Assembly (NCBI GenBank): GCA_023213395.1
Contig: CM041465.1
Coordinates: forward strand, 135,973,741-136,037,740
Length of the DNA: 64,000 nucleotides
Reading direction: 5' to 3'
DNA from: Cycas panzhihuaensis
Lineage: Eukaryota; Plantae; Cycadophyta
Positions 14,114 through 26,390 of this stretch are shown one piece after another. The notes below the pieces were generated by a model. It did no database searches, was not told where the DNA came from, and was given only the letters and a program-made list of their open reading frames with translations. The position numbers and the translations under genes were made by a program. The stretch's first letter is position 1. Each line of letters opens with the position of its first letter.

Positions 14114-16199
14114 AAAGATGAAGGGAGCAACTTGGAGAAAAGTCACCAATACTTATGACAAATTTTAACCTGATGTAATAGGAATATGAGACTCACTATG
14201 ATTAAAATTAGACACCAACACTTGTGGCAAATATTAACCTATCATAGTAGGAATATGAGAAGTGCTATGATTATTATTATATTATGGATCACTTTTTACA
14301 AATAAGTAAGTGATGAGTATACAAGATTCTAAGCTAATGTAGAAGCTGACATCATTAGGTACACACGACTTAAAACTCAAATCTAGGTTATATAATTAAC
14401 CCAATAACCTCTAACTTATGTCCAACATATAATTAAGGTTATTGAAGGGATGCTTAGGCTTCTAGTAGAATTAAGTTGGCTTTCACTTGCAATACTAGTA
14501 ATTATACTTGGTGATGAAATCTTAGTTAGAATGAAGCTTAGGTACTCCCATTCTCATCCAGTTCACCAATAAACAACTATGTACCTCTTCTAAGAAGTGG
14601 CATGTGAATACCCATAGTTATGAAGAATATTAGATTGGCTATATTTTAATTTTATATTAAAGTTTCAGTTTTCTTGGTTGGTTATAAGGATGATTCCTGA
14701 TTGAGGCACGATGATATGGCTAACCAAACATCACCAATATTCTAGTTTAGTCAAGTCCCAACTTGAAACCCACATCTCCTTTATGGCATGACATTCTACT
14801 AATAGAGGTATCTCAATCTTATTAAGTATGTGAAAAGGTATAAGATAGTAGAAAATAGCATACGTGATGCGTTCCTTTTAGGAAGAGTGTAAAAATTATC
14901 GAATTTGCATCAAACATATATATAAGTGAAAATAGTATGCTTTTGGAGTGCTTGCTTGGAGTGCTTTTAAAGCGCTTACTTAGAGTATCTTTGGAGTACT
15001 TACTTGAAGTGATTTTGGAATGCTAAAATAAAATGTTGATAAGTGAGTGAAGACACTGGATATTACTCTAATCCAGCTATTTTTTTACTCACTTTAACAA
15101 TGGGCTTTTAAGCCTTATAAAAAGAAGGAAGAAAATTTCTTCACTTTTTTTTTCCCCAAAAAAGTAGTCTCCACTAAAATAGTAATAACTTTCTTCCATG
15201 ATAATGAAATTAAGTGTCAATTTTTATGTTGCAAACTAGACTTAGAGCTACATTTTTAGGAAGTAGAATCAAGTCCAAATGAGTTTTGCAAAAATTTTGG
15301 TAGTCTTACAAAGTGGACAATATATTTTTCTAAAATTTTTACTAAAAATAACTACTATTCACTAAAACAATAATAATTTTCTCATACAGTAACAAAATTA
15401 GATGTCAGTTTTTGCATTGGAAACTAGACTTAGAGCCTCATCTTTAGCAATTAGAATTAGGTCAATTAGAGCTCTTTTGAATTTTTAGCAGACCTGTGAA
15501 GTTTAGTAAGTAGATTTTATTTATGTAGAAAAATTTAGCTTGTAAATATCTCATCAACTCACGATAGGATATGAAATTTCCATTATTTTTTTATCACCAA
15601 GATCCCAATATGGGAAAGGTAATAGAATACAATCATGGATATTTTAAATGGCTCCAAATTCTTAAAAAAAATGGGTAGAACCTCTGCTTACAAATATTCT
15701 TCTATATATTAGAAAAATATTAGTAGTATTTCCCCTTGTTAAATGGATAAACAGAGGGGAAAGATAAGAAGAATGAGATAGCATAAATGACTACTACAGG
15801 ATTATAATCCTTAGGCCTTATAACTCCTTGTATTGTGCTATTAACCTATTTCAATCTCCCACTTAATGGTAGAAGGCCATTTCATCTTATTTTATTTTAT
15901 CTTATTAGGTTTTCATTTGACCCTCTTACAAAGCAAACTACTATGACACTTTTGTGGAAAATCCTCATGGAGAAGAAAACCCATGGAGTTTCTAATCTAC
16001 TAACTTAGCTCAGGCAGCTCTTCAAATGAAGCTAGATAGTTGATTAGTATAATGAATTTTGTAGCTAAATTCTACTAAGTCTATCATATACCATTTGGTC
16101 ATCCCCCATACCTTTTTAGGTTTTCACAAGTTCTGATTTTTTGAAAGGATAAAATCCTTATCCTTTCATGCCTATAAGGGATTTTCACATTGCAATTAC

Positions 16200-18101
16200 T
16201 TGTGTCCAAGTTACAACTACTTGTGCCTAGGTTACAACTTTTTACTTTTTGCAATTGTTGCTTTTCTATTATTAGATCTAGAAAATTATCTTAAATAGGA
16301 GAAGGTCCTATTGATTTTCCACTCTTTGTTTGCAAATAGACTATATTTTCTTAATTTAAAATCACATTCACCAAATTGATATTATTTACTTTATTATTCT
16401 TTAGACAATTAGACCATTCATGATCTATTGGCCCATATTCTTCATAGATATGTCCTCCTTCTTTCTTTTCTAATGGATACTCTAATCTATAATGTCCCTA
16501 TATCTGACATACGAAACAATGAATTGGTCTTATCCTACCCTTATATTATCTTACAACTCCATATTCTATTTTTTGTGAATAGACATTATGTATTTTGCCT
16601 TCATTATTCTTAGGTCTGAAATAACATTTCCATATATTGTGATTGTTTCTTGAGTAACTCTCATACCATTTCATTGATCCTCATGCTTATTCTTTAAATA
16701 CCCTTTTTTATTATAAGGTGGGGGACACTAGATGTTTTCTCTTAATTTTCAAGTCATAATCATGATAATTTTGTGCGAAGCTTTTCTAGCTCTTGATTGT
16801 GTTGCATATTATCAAAAGTAAAAACTACAAGTTATTGCTTCAATACTTCCACTTCTTTTTTCAAGGCTTCAATTTCTAGATTAGTACCCATCTGTAGCAT
16901 TTATGTGGACTATATTGATATGCATGTTATCAAATAATATGTTGAGGGTTGTGTTACCATTTAAGAATAAGTTGATTTCATTTTATTTTTAAATTTCAAC
17001 ACTAACTCCCTTACTTGCTTATAATTATTCATCACATGTAGCATTACTTTATCTCTAAGTTGGGGTACCAATCCTTATATAAATTATTTCATTGCCAATA
17101 TTAGATTGATTTCTATTGCTAATTATATTTAATTCATTATGACTTGTATCCTTCCATCAAAATCATTGATAAACTCCATAGGATACTGTCAAATTTCTTC
17201 TAAAGCCTGTAAGATAGCTATTAGATCCCTCAATTTTTGAAATTGATTTAAACATTATTCCTACTATTGATCCTAGTTCAATTGTTATGCTACTATATAT
17301 TAGAACCATACCACTACAGGTCCCCTTAACATTGAAGAAAAATGAGCTTAATTTCTCCTTGATCTAGGATCCTCTAGAATTAGATCATGTTTTTAAATAA
17401 TACTAGATGGTCACCCTGATCTGTGGTTCTGTTAAATTAGAGGCTTAAGAACATTGAATCACTTTATACAATAATATATGGGGTTGTATTTACTTAATTT
17501 CCTCCACATGATATCCCACTTTACCCTCCTATAATTTGTGCATTACTACATGTTATGCCTACCACACTACTACCTAGAGTTGCCATTAGTAGTTTGAACA
17601 AGGGATTTATTATATGGCTTGGAGTTTAAATTTCTAATAGATGGTGATTCCAAGCTTGTTCCACTATACAATATATCCCCAACTCGATGGAATTTTCTTC
17701 CTATGTTGATACTTTCGCAAGTTTTCTTCTTCAACAGAATCTTACTGACTATTTTCTTTAGTACTCTCTGATTGTACTTCTTTTACTGAATCCTCTTCTT
17801 TTGCATACCTCTAATTACTTCCTTAATTTTCCTATATCTCGGTTACACCCAAATCTTAAATTTCTACATCATCTTTATTTTTTGAATTTTCCCTCTTTGT
17901 TGAATGCACAGATGGTTACTCTTTACCTACTTCCTTGGTGTGATTACAAATCTGGGATTACATATTCCAACTTGGAGTCTTTCCCTCTCCTAATACTCTC
18001 CTCGATCACGATGTGATTCCACTTCTACTCTAGATGGTATAGAAGAGGACTCAAAATTCTTTTTAGTTCATCTCACCTATCATCATTCTCCCTAGTTCAA
18101 T
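16200..18101 (-). pseudogene. Decayed gypsy gag plus native 5' leader (array copy 4, founder end)
   Basis: Same gag, but past 17992 it lacks the array junction and matches 23150-23285 (leader and PBS of the neighbouring gypsy element). Confidence 0.78.
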
Positions 18102-18481
18102 TTAGCAATGGAACTAACATGTGCTAATTCATCTAATCACATATAGAAATAGGCATAAAAATAATAAGTTGTAATAATTTGTTATAATTTAGGGACATGA
18201 TATTATGAGAACAAGAACCATCATCATTATATTATGACGGGTTGCTATGGTTCTCTCACAACCAGAGACAACTTGAAATAGTACACATAGGAGTTAAAAT
18301 TAATATAACAAACACAAAATACGGAAGACTATATTCTGTGCGATAATGAACATAATGTTATAATTCAAAAACCCATATCTGATATCTCTCTAGCATTGTA
18401 TTTATATTTGCCTATGATTTAAGTTAGTTACAATTGTTCCAATATGCAAAATGGTTGCAACTAATATAATCATACATAACA
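18102..18481 (-). mobile_element. Probable gypsy LTR (~18120-18481) with tRNA-Glu-like PBS (18102-18116)
   Basis: TGT...ACA ends. Minus-strand TAGTTCCATTGCTAA differs from TGGTTCCGTTGCCGG (complement of a plant tRNA-Glu 3' end, recalled) only by G>A and C>T changes. Shares motifs with 23290-23420. Confidence 0.55.
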
Positions 18482-21400
18482 CACCATGCCTAAATCTTCA
18501 CATTTTATTACCAAATAATTCTATTCTATTCATGTTAGGTTATAACTAGTAAAATAAATAGGAAGATCTATGTTATTATTGCCAAGTTGAGCCAACACAC
18601 ATCCAATTATCATCAATAAAGCATCCACATACATATAAAAAGATCAAGCCCAGCCTAGGGATCTCAAAAATTAGAGCTTCCATAATCTTTTTTTTTACTA
18701 GATTAAATGCTAATTACTGTCATAAATCCCATTACCATGTTACTTTTTTCTTGAGCAAGATTTCTAATAGATTTGTTATCTAGACATGTCCTTAATAAAT
18801 TTCCTATAATATCTTATCATATCTAAAAAGCCTTTTACTTGCTTTATTATCTTCAATATGGGAAAATTCAAAATTATTACTACCTTGTTTAGGTCTATTT
18901 ATAGTCCTTCTTTAGTCATGATATGTTTTAAGTAAGGATCTAAATAGAACTAGGAATATGCATTTAGTTGGATTCAAACATAACTTACTTCTTCTACAAG
19001 TCTCAATCATTAGCCTTATATTTGCTAAGTGATCTTTTAGTAGTGTATATATGGTCTAATCATCTAAAAATCCTTTGATTGACTTACTAATTATTTGTCA
19101 AAAATATTCAAAATTATCCTTTGAAAGGTGGATAGTACATTTGTTAATCCAAAAGGCATCACTTTATATGTATACATTCCCCACTCTATAACAAAGGTCA
19201 TTTTTAGCTGGTCCTACTTAGCAATTTTAACCTAATTGTATCCACTAAAGCCATCTATAAAAGGATATACCTCATGTCTTTCTTATTTTTCAAGAATATC
19301 TTCGGTGAATGGAATTGGGAAGGGATCTTTCTTCATTGTTTTATTCAGAGCTCTATAATCCACATAGATTTAGAGCTTCCCATTCTTTTTTGGTGCCACT
19401 ACTATTGGACTTATTTATTTGCTTGTTTTGAATTCAAATATATAGTTGACTTCTAATCATTTATCTAAGTTTGCCTTCACTTTTTCTTTCTATTTGGGGT
19501 TCATTCAATAAGGGCATTGTCACATGGGCTTTGCTCCTTCAATTAACTTGATCTTATATTTTTCATGTTTAGGTGGTATACCTTTCAAATCTTCATAGGA
19601 CCAAGCAAAGATGTCCTTATACTCTAAGAATAATATCATGGCTTGCTAGACTATTTTTGTGTCCCAGTAATCTCCCATAGATATTATCTAAGGTTGCTCT
19701 ATCATGCCTAAATTAATTTATCTTAATTTCAATTATTCACCTTGTATCACCTTTCCATCTTCCTTTAATACATAGGCTAGTGTTTGATCATTTACTCGGC
19801 TTCTTTATTCCATAATGGAATAATTTTATGAAAATTTACGATTCTTTCCTTATTCATCCTTTACTATATTGGCTTGATAATAACTTTGTTCTTCTTTCAT
19901 CATTCTACTTTTGAAGATAGTCTAAATTTCTTAGATTTGTCCATTATTACTATGGTACATGAAAGTTTTACAAAATTATTTAATAAGTGTTTTCTAATCC
20001 ACCATCAGCACCTTCTTATAATAATTGTACCATATGACCATAATTCCCTCAAATGTTTATGCCTATATTTATGCTCATTCCTATTCTAGAATTTGATTTT
20101 CTAGCTACATTTATACATAATTTTCTATATGAGTTATAGGATTATCATTGTTCCAAAATATAGGTAATCCTAGTTCTTATTTTTAAAATCTTAACAAAAA
20201 AATTTTGCTCATTTCATCCTAAGATTTGAAATGACTACCATGAGCAAAATACCATAGAGAAGCTTGTCCCATAAGAGACAATGAAAATAATAAATACAAA
20301 AACTCTTCTTGCCTATTATTACTCTTTAAAATTTGATTACAATAATCTATATGTTTTTGTGCTTGGCCCAATTGACCCCAAATTTTTTTTCTAACAAAAG
20401 TTTCTTCCAAAATTTATTTCTCCTAGACTTGTAAAGTCTCGACCTAAGAATTTGAAGTTATTTCTTCCTGATTCTCTAAAGGATCAATGCATGCTTCCAA
20501 CCTATAATAATGATTTGATTTGGTCTCACCTCAAGCATTTTGTAACTAGTTCATCATATAAGATGATTGTGCATTGCTAGGTAAGGTCAATTATATTTGG
20601 TATGTAATTTTTTAGCAAGGACTTACTGTGGGTTCCAATTTCACAACTATGGATGATGCTCATTTCTTGTCTTTAATCTTCTCGATATATAACCTATATA
20701 AGCATAGAGATAAAATGACAACCTTGCTACCTACCTTTAATGTGAATGTGAACTCCCCCTAATTGTAGATGGCCTTAGTTACCAACACCCAAGGTCTACT
20801 CAATAATGTTAGATGGGTCTTCTTTTCATGTTACATTTAAACTATTACAAAGTCTATAAAGACTATAATCCCTGTAATAGTAACTAGGACATTCATCAAG
20901 GTCTCCATTGGCCTTACCTAAAGTTTGTTTGTTGATCTTATTGAGTAATCTAAGATAACTACTTCTAGCCTTCCTAGGTCTATATAAGATGATTCAAAGA
21001 GAACATTAACTCATGATGCTCCATCCATAATTGTTCTACATAGTGCCATTCTAAAAATAACCATTAGAACTCTAAGATCTATTCATTTATCTTAAATAGA
21101 TATCATCATTGACTTTTCTATTTAATCTAGAATTGGTTACTGAAAATAATTGGCTTCCCACCACTTAAATACAAAAGAAATAGGGATTGAGACTCTTAAT
21201 TCTATCAATATATCTTTAACCATTTAAAGTATTTGCCATGGCTTCATACCTTCTTTCCAAAGTTATTTATAAAGAACTCATCCTCATTTATAGGTATGGG
21301 CCTTGAATAGCTAGTCCTATTGAAGTTCTTCTTACTAGACTTCACCCATAGTATCTTGAAGAATCTTTATAACTTCTTGGAGTCTTTATTTTTTAATTAC

Positions 21401-23600
21401 TAGATCAAGAAAGGTGTCTTATATAGGAGTTGTAGTTACTTTTCTACCCTGTGTCTATAATTAGATAGGCACTTCTTTATCTAGAATTACTACAACCATA
21501 TTTACATTTTGTACTTTATTCTTTGGATAGTTTGTCCATTCATGATAAACTACTCTACATTCTTCACAAATAACTTCACCTCCTTTTTTCTCCAATAGAC
21601 ATAAACTAGCTTTATCTTTCCTTTATACTATTTTCCTATCTTCTCTAACTTCTAAAAAAATGCATTGTGAATCTCATTATTTAGCTAAGAAAAACATTCC
21701 CATATATTGTGGTTAGTTTTCGTATAATATTTACACCATGTTAGATGCTCATTCTTTAAATGTCCTCATTGGTTGTAAGGTGGAGTACACCATGTATTTT
21801 ATTAGGATTTTTCCAATTGTAGTCTATCCAATTCTGTATGTAGATTTTCCATCTCTTAATTATGATGCATGCCAATAGATATTGATACATATGGCTATTG
21901 TTTTAACACCTCCACCTCTTTTTTGTGCTTTAATTTCTAGATTTGTTCCCATATAGGGTACATAATTTTGGTTATACATTCCCCATGACTACACTCTTGC
22001 TGGTGGTATATGAGAAGAAGCTAGTCCTATCTTCTCTGCCTATTGCATTACCCACTGAGAATAGGTTATCTTCATTTGATTTTTAAATTTCAAGGCTAGC
22101 TCCCATACTTATGTGTAATTATTCATTAGATGCAATATCACTTTATCCCTTAATTGTGGTATCAACCCTTATACAATGTATTTCATCACCAGCATGGGAT
22201 TGATTCTCGTTATTTGTTATATCTTATTTATGATAACCCTCATTTAACCATCAAAATCATTAGTTGATTCTTCCAGGTATTATTTTATTTCTTGGAGTGC
22301 CTAAAAGATGGAAATGGGATCTTTTACTTTTTAAAAATAATCCAAAAATTGATCTTGTATTTTATCCCATAATAGACTTTGTGTCGTTGTATACCAAGTA
22401 ACCGTTGCTCCCTGTAATGTGGAGAAAAATTGGTCCTTTATATCCTCAGGATCCATAATTCTTTTTATTTTCAACATATTCTTGAATAAGGCCAAATGAT
22501 CTGTTGGGTTTGTGGATCCATTAAATAGAATACTTGAGAAAGTAAAATTGTTTTGTATAATACTATAAGGCCCGACCGCTCCTATTTTACTTACTTGGTC
22601 TATTCCTCTATCTGGTTGATTATTGCTTCCTCCTACATTAGTGAACAATGATTGATTTAAGGATGGACCTCCACCACTTAGAATTCCTCCTAGTAGTGAA
22701 CTTATACCTCCCACACTCCCTTATGTGCTTGACATTATCAACTTGAAAAGAGGATTTAAAATATGGCTCAAAGGAGTTCTTACTTCTAGCCAATGGTGAT
22801 TCCACACTCTATTCATTATACTGTATAATTCTAATTCAATTGAATTGTTCTTATCTTCTTGAAATGGTGATTATTCTAAAGGTTTCTCTTCGAATGATAT
22901 TAATTCTTTGCATTTTCCTTTTTATCCCTCTTCTATTTCCAAAGAATCCTCTTACGTTATATACCCTTGATCATCTATAGTTTGTGTCACCCTTCCTTTG
23001 ATAAACTCCTCAATTACATTCATTTATTTTTGTATTTTGCCTTCTATACTCAATTTTCTTCTCCCTATCAAGTTGGTAAGTGGTTGCCTCTTCACTTTCT
23101 TCTTTGGTATCACTATAAATCTTGGTTTCCTTAATCCAACCTAGAGTCTATCCTTCTCCCAATGCTCTTTGCATTCTCATTATGATTCTACTTCAACCTT
23201 AGGTGGCATCGAAGAGGTCCCGATTCATGTACTCTGTCTTACCCATGATGATAATTTCTCCATGGTTTATTTGGAAATGGAACTAATATTATCAATCAAA
23301 TATAATCAAGTAAAGTATGCACATGATACACCAACATGATAAGAAACATAATACCATTATATAGGGGAACTACATATAGTCCTCTCATAACAAGATATAG
23401 GTTCGATAGTATACAATGACTAATCAGTAGATTCAAGCCTGCTATAACAAAAAGAAAGTTCTATATAAAATGGTTTTATCTCTCATACATACACATACTA
23501 TTAGACTAGTTACTTTTATACATGAAAATCTAATAGTTTAACCACCTTTGGTTATAGCACATTATGGTATGATATAATATGTTAATGGTTGGTACTCATT
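18482..23600 (-). mobile_element. Decayed Ty3/gypsy element (gag-PR-RT; RNase H and integrase missing)
   Basis: gag ORF 22331-22714; knuckles at 21520-21800; protease IMDGAS*VNVL at ~21000-21050; RT DGFSGYN*VKIAK...YKVMPFGLTN at ~19140-19270; YYRKFIKD connection region ending ~18650; PBS-like 23271-23285; LTR-like ~23288-23600. Confidence 0.85.
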
Positions 23601-23649
23601 TATCAATACATTTGATAAAAAATTAAAATTTCTATTACAATCTGATTGT

Positions 23650-23860
23650 AATCATAATCTTAAACTATGATTCGATGGTAGTTGTGACTTCAACTACGAT
23701 CTTCTTATAATCTTGACTCTGACTGGGATGTACTCACGATCTTGACCCTAACTATGATCTATTCATGATCTTAACCCTAACTACAATCTACTTGTAATCT
23801 TAGCCCTACCTATAATTTTCTCATGATCTTGTCCCCAACTGGGATCTACTCACAATCATG
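23650..23860. repeat. 29-bp minisatellite, ~6-7 degenerate copies
   Basis: Units such as GATCTTGACCCTAACTATGATCTATTCAT and GATCTTAACCCTAACTACAATCTACTTGT, directly adjacent with no spacers. Confidence 0.85.
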
Positions 23861-25452
23861 ATTGTTTATCCAATCGTAATTTTTATTATGATTTATCGCC
23901 AATTAAGATATAATTTTCTAAAAAATTATGTGTGTAATTTTACCCACATACACTTATAGATTAGGAGTTATCTTTTTAATCTTTCAAGTTACAATAGATT
24001 TTAAAATATATTCTTATTTAAGAAAGAGGGTTCCTTTTATGAAATAAAAATAAGAGACCAAAAAGAAAGTTATAAATTAAAGGAAATAGTAGGGTTTAGG
24101 GTGCTCTTTAGAGGACTTTGATTCCAAGAGAATATTAACTTCCTTCACATAAGAAAGGTACCTACAACCATAATGCATAAGCAAATGTTAGCCAAAACCC
24201 TAAATATGACAGCAAATAAGATGTAAACAATTAGTACTTAGTAGATAGATCCTTTGCAAAATGAAAACTGAGCCTTCAATTTATAAAAAAAGACTTATTA
24301 TAGCCTAAATAGAAAGGTCTACTTTAACTACTTTAAACTACATAAAGAACTTCTCAATTAGCTCTAAATTATAGACCTATGGACTAAGAATCCAATGGTT
24401 CAAACATTGCATAAAATAGACCTTTCATTGAAAAGTTATGGTAGAAATAGTGCAGGGTACTCCTTATAAACAAAAAAATAAATTGGGGTGGCTTAAGACC
24501 CCTTCAAATGTTAGCCCTTAACCTTAGAAGGTCACCATGTAATCACTCGCTAGTCTAGTGAGGGGCTAATAGATTTGAAATTACTATTAATTATCAACTA
24601 ATTTTTTTAACTAATCAAAATTAATTTAAAATAACTTATAAGATCTAAAATCTACCCCTTTAGAGATGAAGGCCATAGTCATGGGAGAATTTGCATATGA
24701 CCACCTACTAGGGCTAGGCACCTCTTATGGATTTGGATGCACTATGAAATATGGTTAAATTTATTTTAAACTTTATAAAAAATAAATCTTTCAATTAAAA
24801 AAAAAAAATCAAATATTGAATGGTCATACAAACTTTTTCACAAACAGAGGCAAAAGATTATAATCAAAATTCCTTCAAAATGTATTAGGATCATATCAAC
24901 AGACTTCAATATTGATTGAAGATACACATGGGGGTAAGATCTAATAGTTCCAGCTTCAACTAGGTTATATGAAGTCATATGGTGATGATTTAGTTGACAA
25001 AGGGCATAGATGTGTCACAATCCATAGATCTCAAATTTCTCTATTAAATTACATTGAAAAACCTTTGATCTACTGCAAGCACACTCTAACACATAGTACA
25101 ATAGGCCTGAGAAACATCAAGAGATAAATTTGGCTCCAAGAATTAAGATAAAACATAATCAATATTGGAAATAAAGAAATTGATGCTAAATGACATGTAA
25201 ATAACGGAGACAACACATCATTTTTTCTTAAAACTACTACAATGGGACTAAGGACTACTTACAATCAACTAGGTAGTAACTGAGAATAGAAAACATGGTG
25301 AATACACCTTATAAAAATGTCAGATATGCTAGAAACTACTAAAATTAAGTAAAATATACAGAAATAGAGGTAAATAGGGTGTTATTTTTTACAAATAGGC
25401 TCTCATTTCTTAGTATAACTTATAAAAAGAATGAATAAATGCACATAAACAT

Positions 25453-25890
25453 GTTATGATACCATGTCAAATTGATTAATAGGATTACTATTACAAACAT
25501 GATGTAAATTTATTAAATTAAAAGTAGGAAATATAAAAAAACACACTAAATGTATGTAAAATTCTTATAAAAAAACATGATGGGTAAATTGATTATATCA
25601 TATAAATATATTTTAACAATGCTTTTCCATACCTAAAAAATTAATGTATAAATGAGAGGGATCATGCTTGATTTACAAGCATGTGAAACCCAAACACAAT
25701 AATTTGATTGCTTGATATAATGGGCCAATACTATTTACCCATTATTTGGTAATTAGGTAGACCCAACAATATTATAAATTATATTTTAATTAAAAATAAG
25801 GTTTACACCCAATGTTACAAATGATATGTAATAATGTTATAAAGGTATATAATGTATAAATATATATTAGTCTATCACTATATTTTAACA
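25453..25890 (-). mobile_element. Copia-type LTR (25465-25890) with degenerate iMet PBS (25453-25464), inverted relative to the adjacent Copia
   Basis: GTTATGATACCA is followed by TGTCAA...TTAACA. The reverse complement starts TGTTAAAATAT and shares blocks (AATAATG.G..AATA.TATT.GCCCATTATAT; CTCATTT.TA.ATTA) with the LTR at 30696. Confidence 0.7.
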
Positions 25891-25965
25891 ATACCACCAT
25901 TAAAATCAATTTAAACTTGAAATATTAATAAGGGTAACTCCCAAATTTACACACAAAACTTTTCC

Positions 25966-26390
25966 AGCCTTATAAGTATAATGGTTAGGATCAATGAACT
26001 TATCACTCTACATATGTCAGTGGTCTCTCTTGAATTCTATAGATATTAGAAAAACCAATTAGTTATCAGGTATATTAAGTAATAGGCTGAGGTATAAACG
26101 TTCCTTGAAGTTTGAAGTCCAGGCTAGATCTAAAGGGGGTGAATACCTTAGTTTTGAATCCCTCGCTGAACCTATCATTAGGCATAAGTCTAGTACAAGT
26201 GGATAAATAGTATTAGAGGGGGAAATGGCCTTTTAGGATCCCACATATTAAAGTATATAGAGCTTAATTCTCATATATTAATATATAGGTTCCTAATCTA
26301 CCATATGTGGGTAGGTGCCACTAGATAGAATAGTAATTGACAGCTTCTTAGAGACCCTAATACTTAGTGTTCTAGTTTAGTAGCCCCTTA
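25966..26390 (+). promoter_or_regulatory. Conserved structured non-coding leader block upstream of Copia gag (copy A)
   Basis: Collinear similarity with 56981-57413 (AGCCTT.TAAG...GGTTAGGA; AGGCTAGA.CT.AAG.GGGTGA; GCATAAGTCT.GT; GTATATAGAGC; TGGGTAGG..CCACTA; ATAG.AATTGA). Confidence 0.75.

Larger units (their letters stand above)
1..17992 (-). repeat. Tandem array of a chimeric ~4.3-kb retroelement-derived unit (at least 5 copies, two with deletions; continues off the left edge)
   Basis: The junction 'GAGTCTTTCCCTCTC(C)C/AAAGATGAAG' recurs at ~1851, 2520, 6852 and 14114. The motif 'CCCCATGCCTTTTTGAGTTTTCAC...' recurs at ~1, 4957, 12217 and 16104. Periods are 669 (deleted copy), 4332, 4274 (after removing the LINE) and ~3878. 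Confidence 0.93.

Noticed and set aside
23650-23860. CRISPR array or telomeric repeat (contains ACCCTAA)
   Set aside because: Repeats are contiguous with no unique spacers, there are no cas genes, the context is eukaryotic, and CCCTAA is not tandemly iterated.
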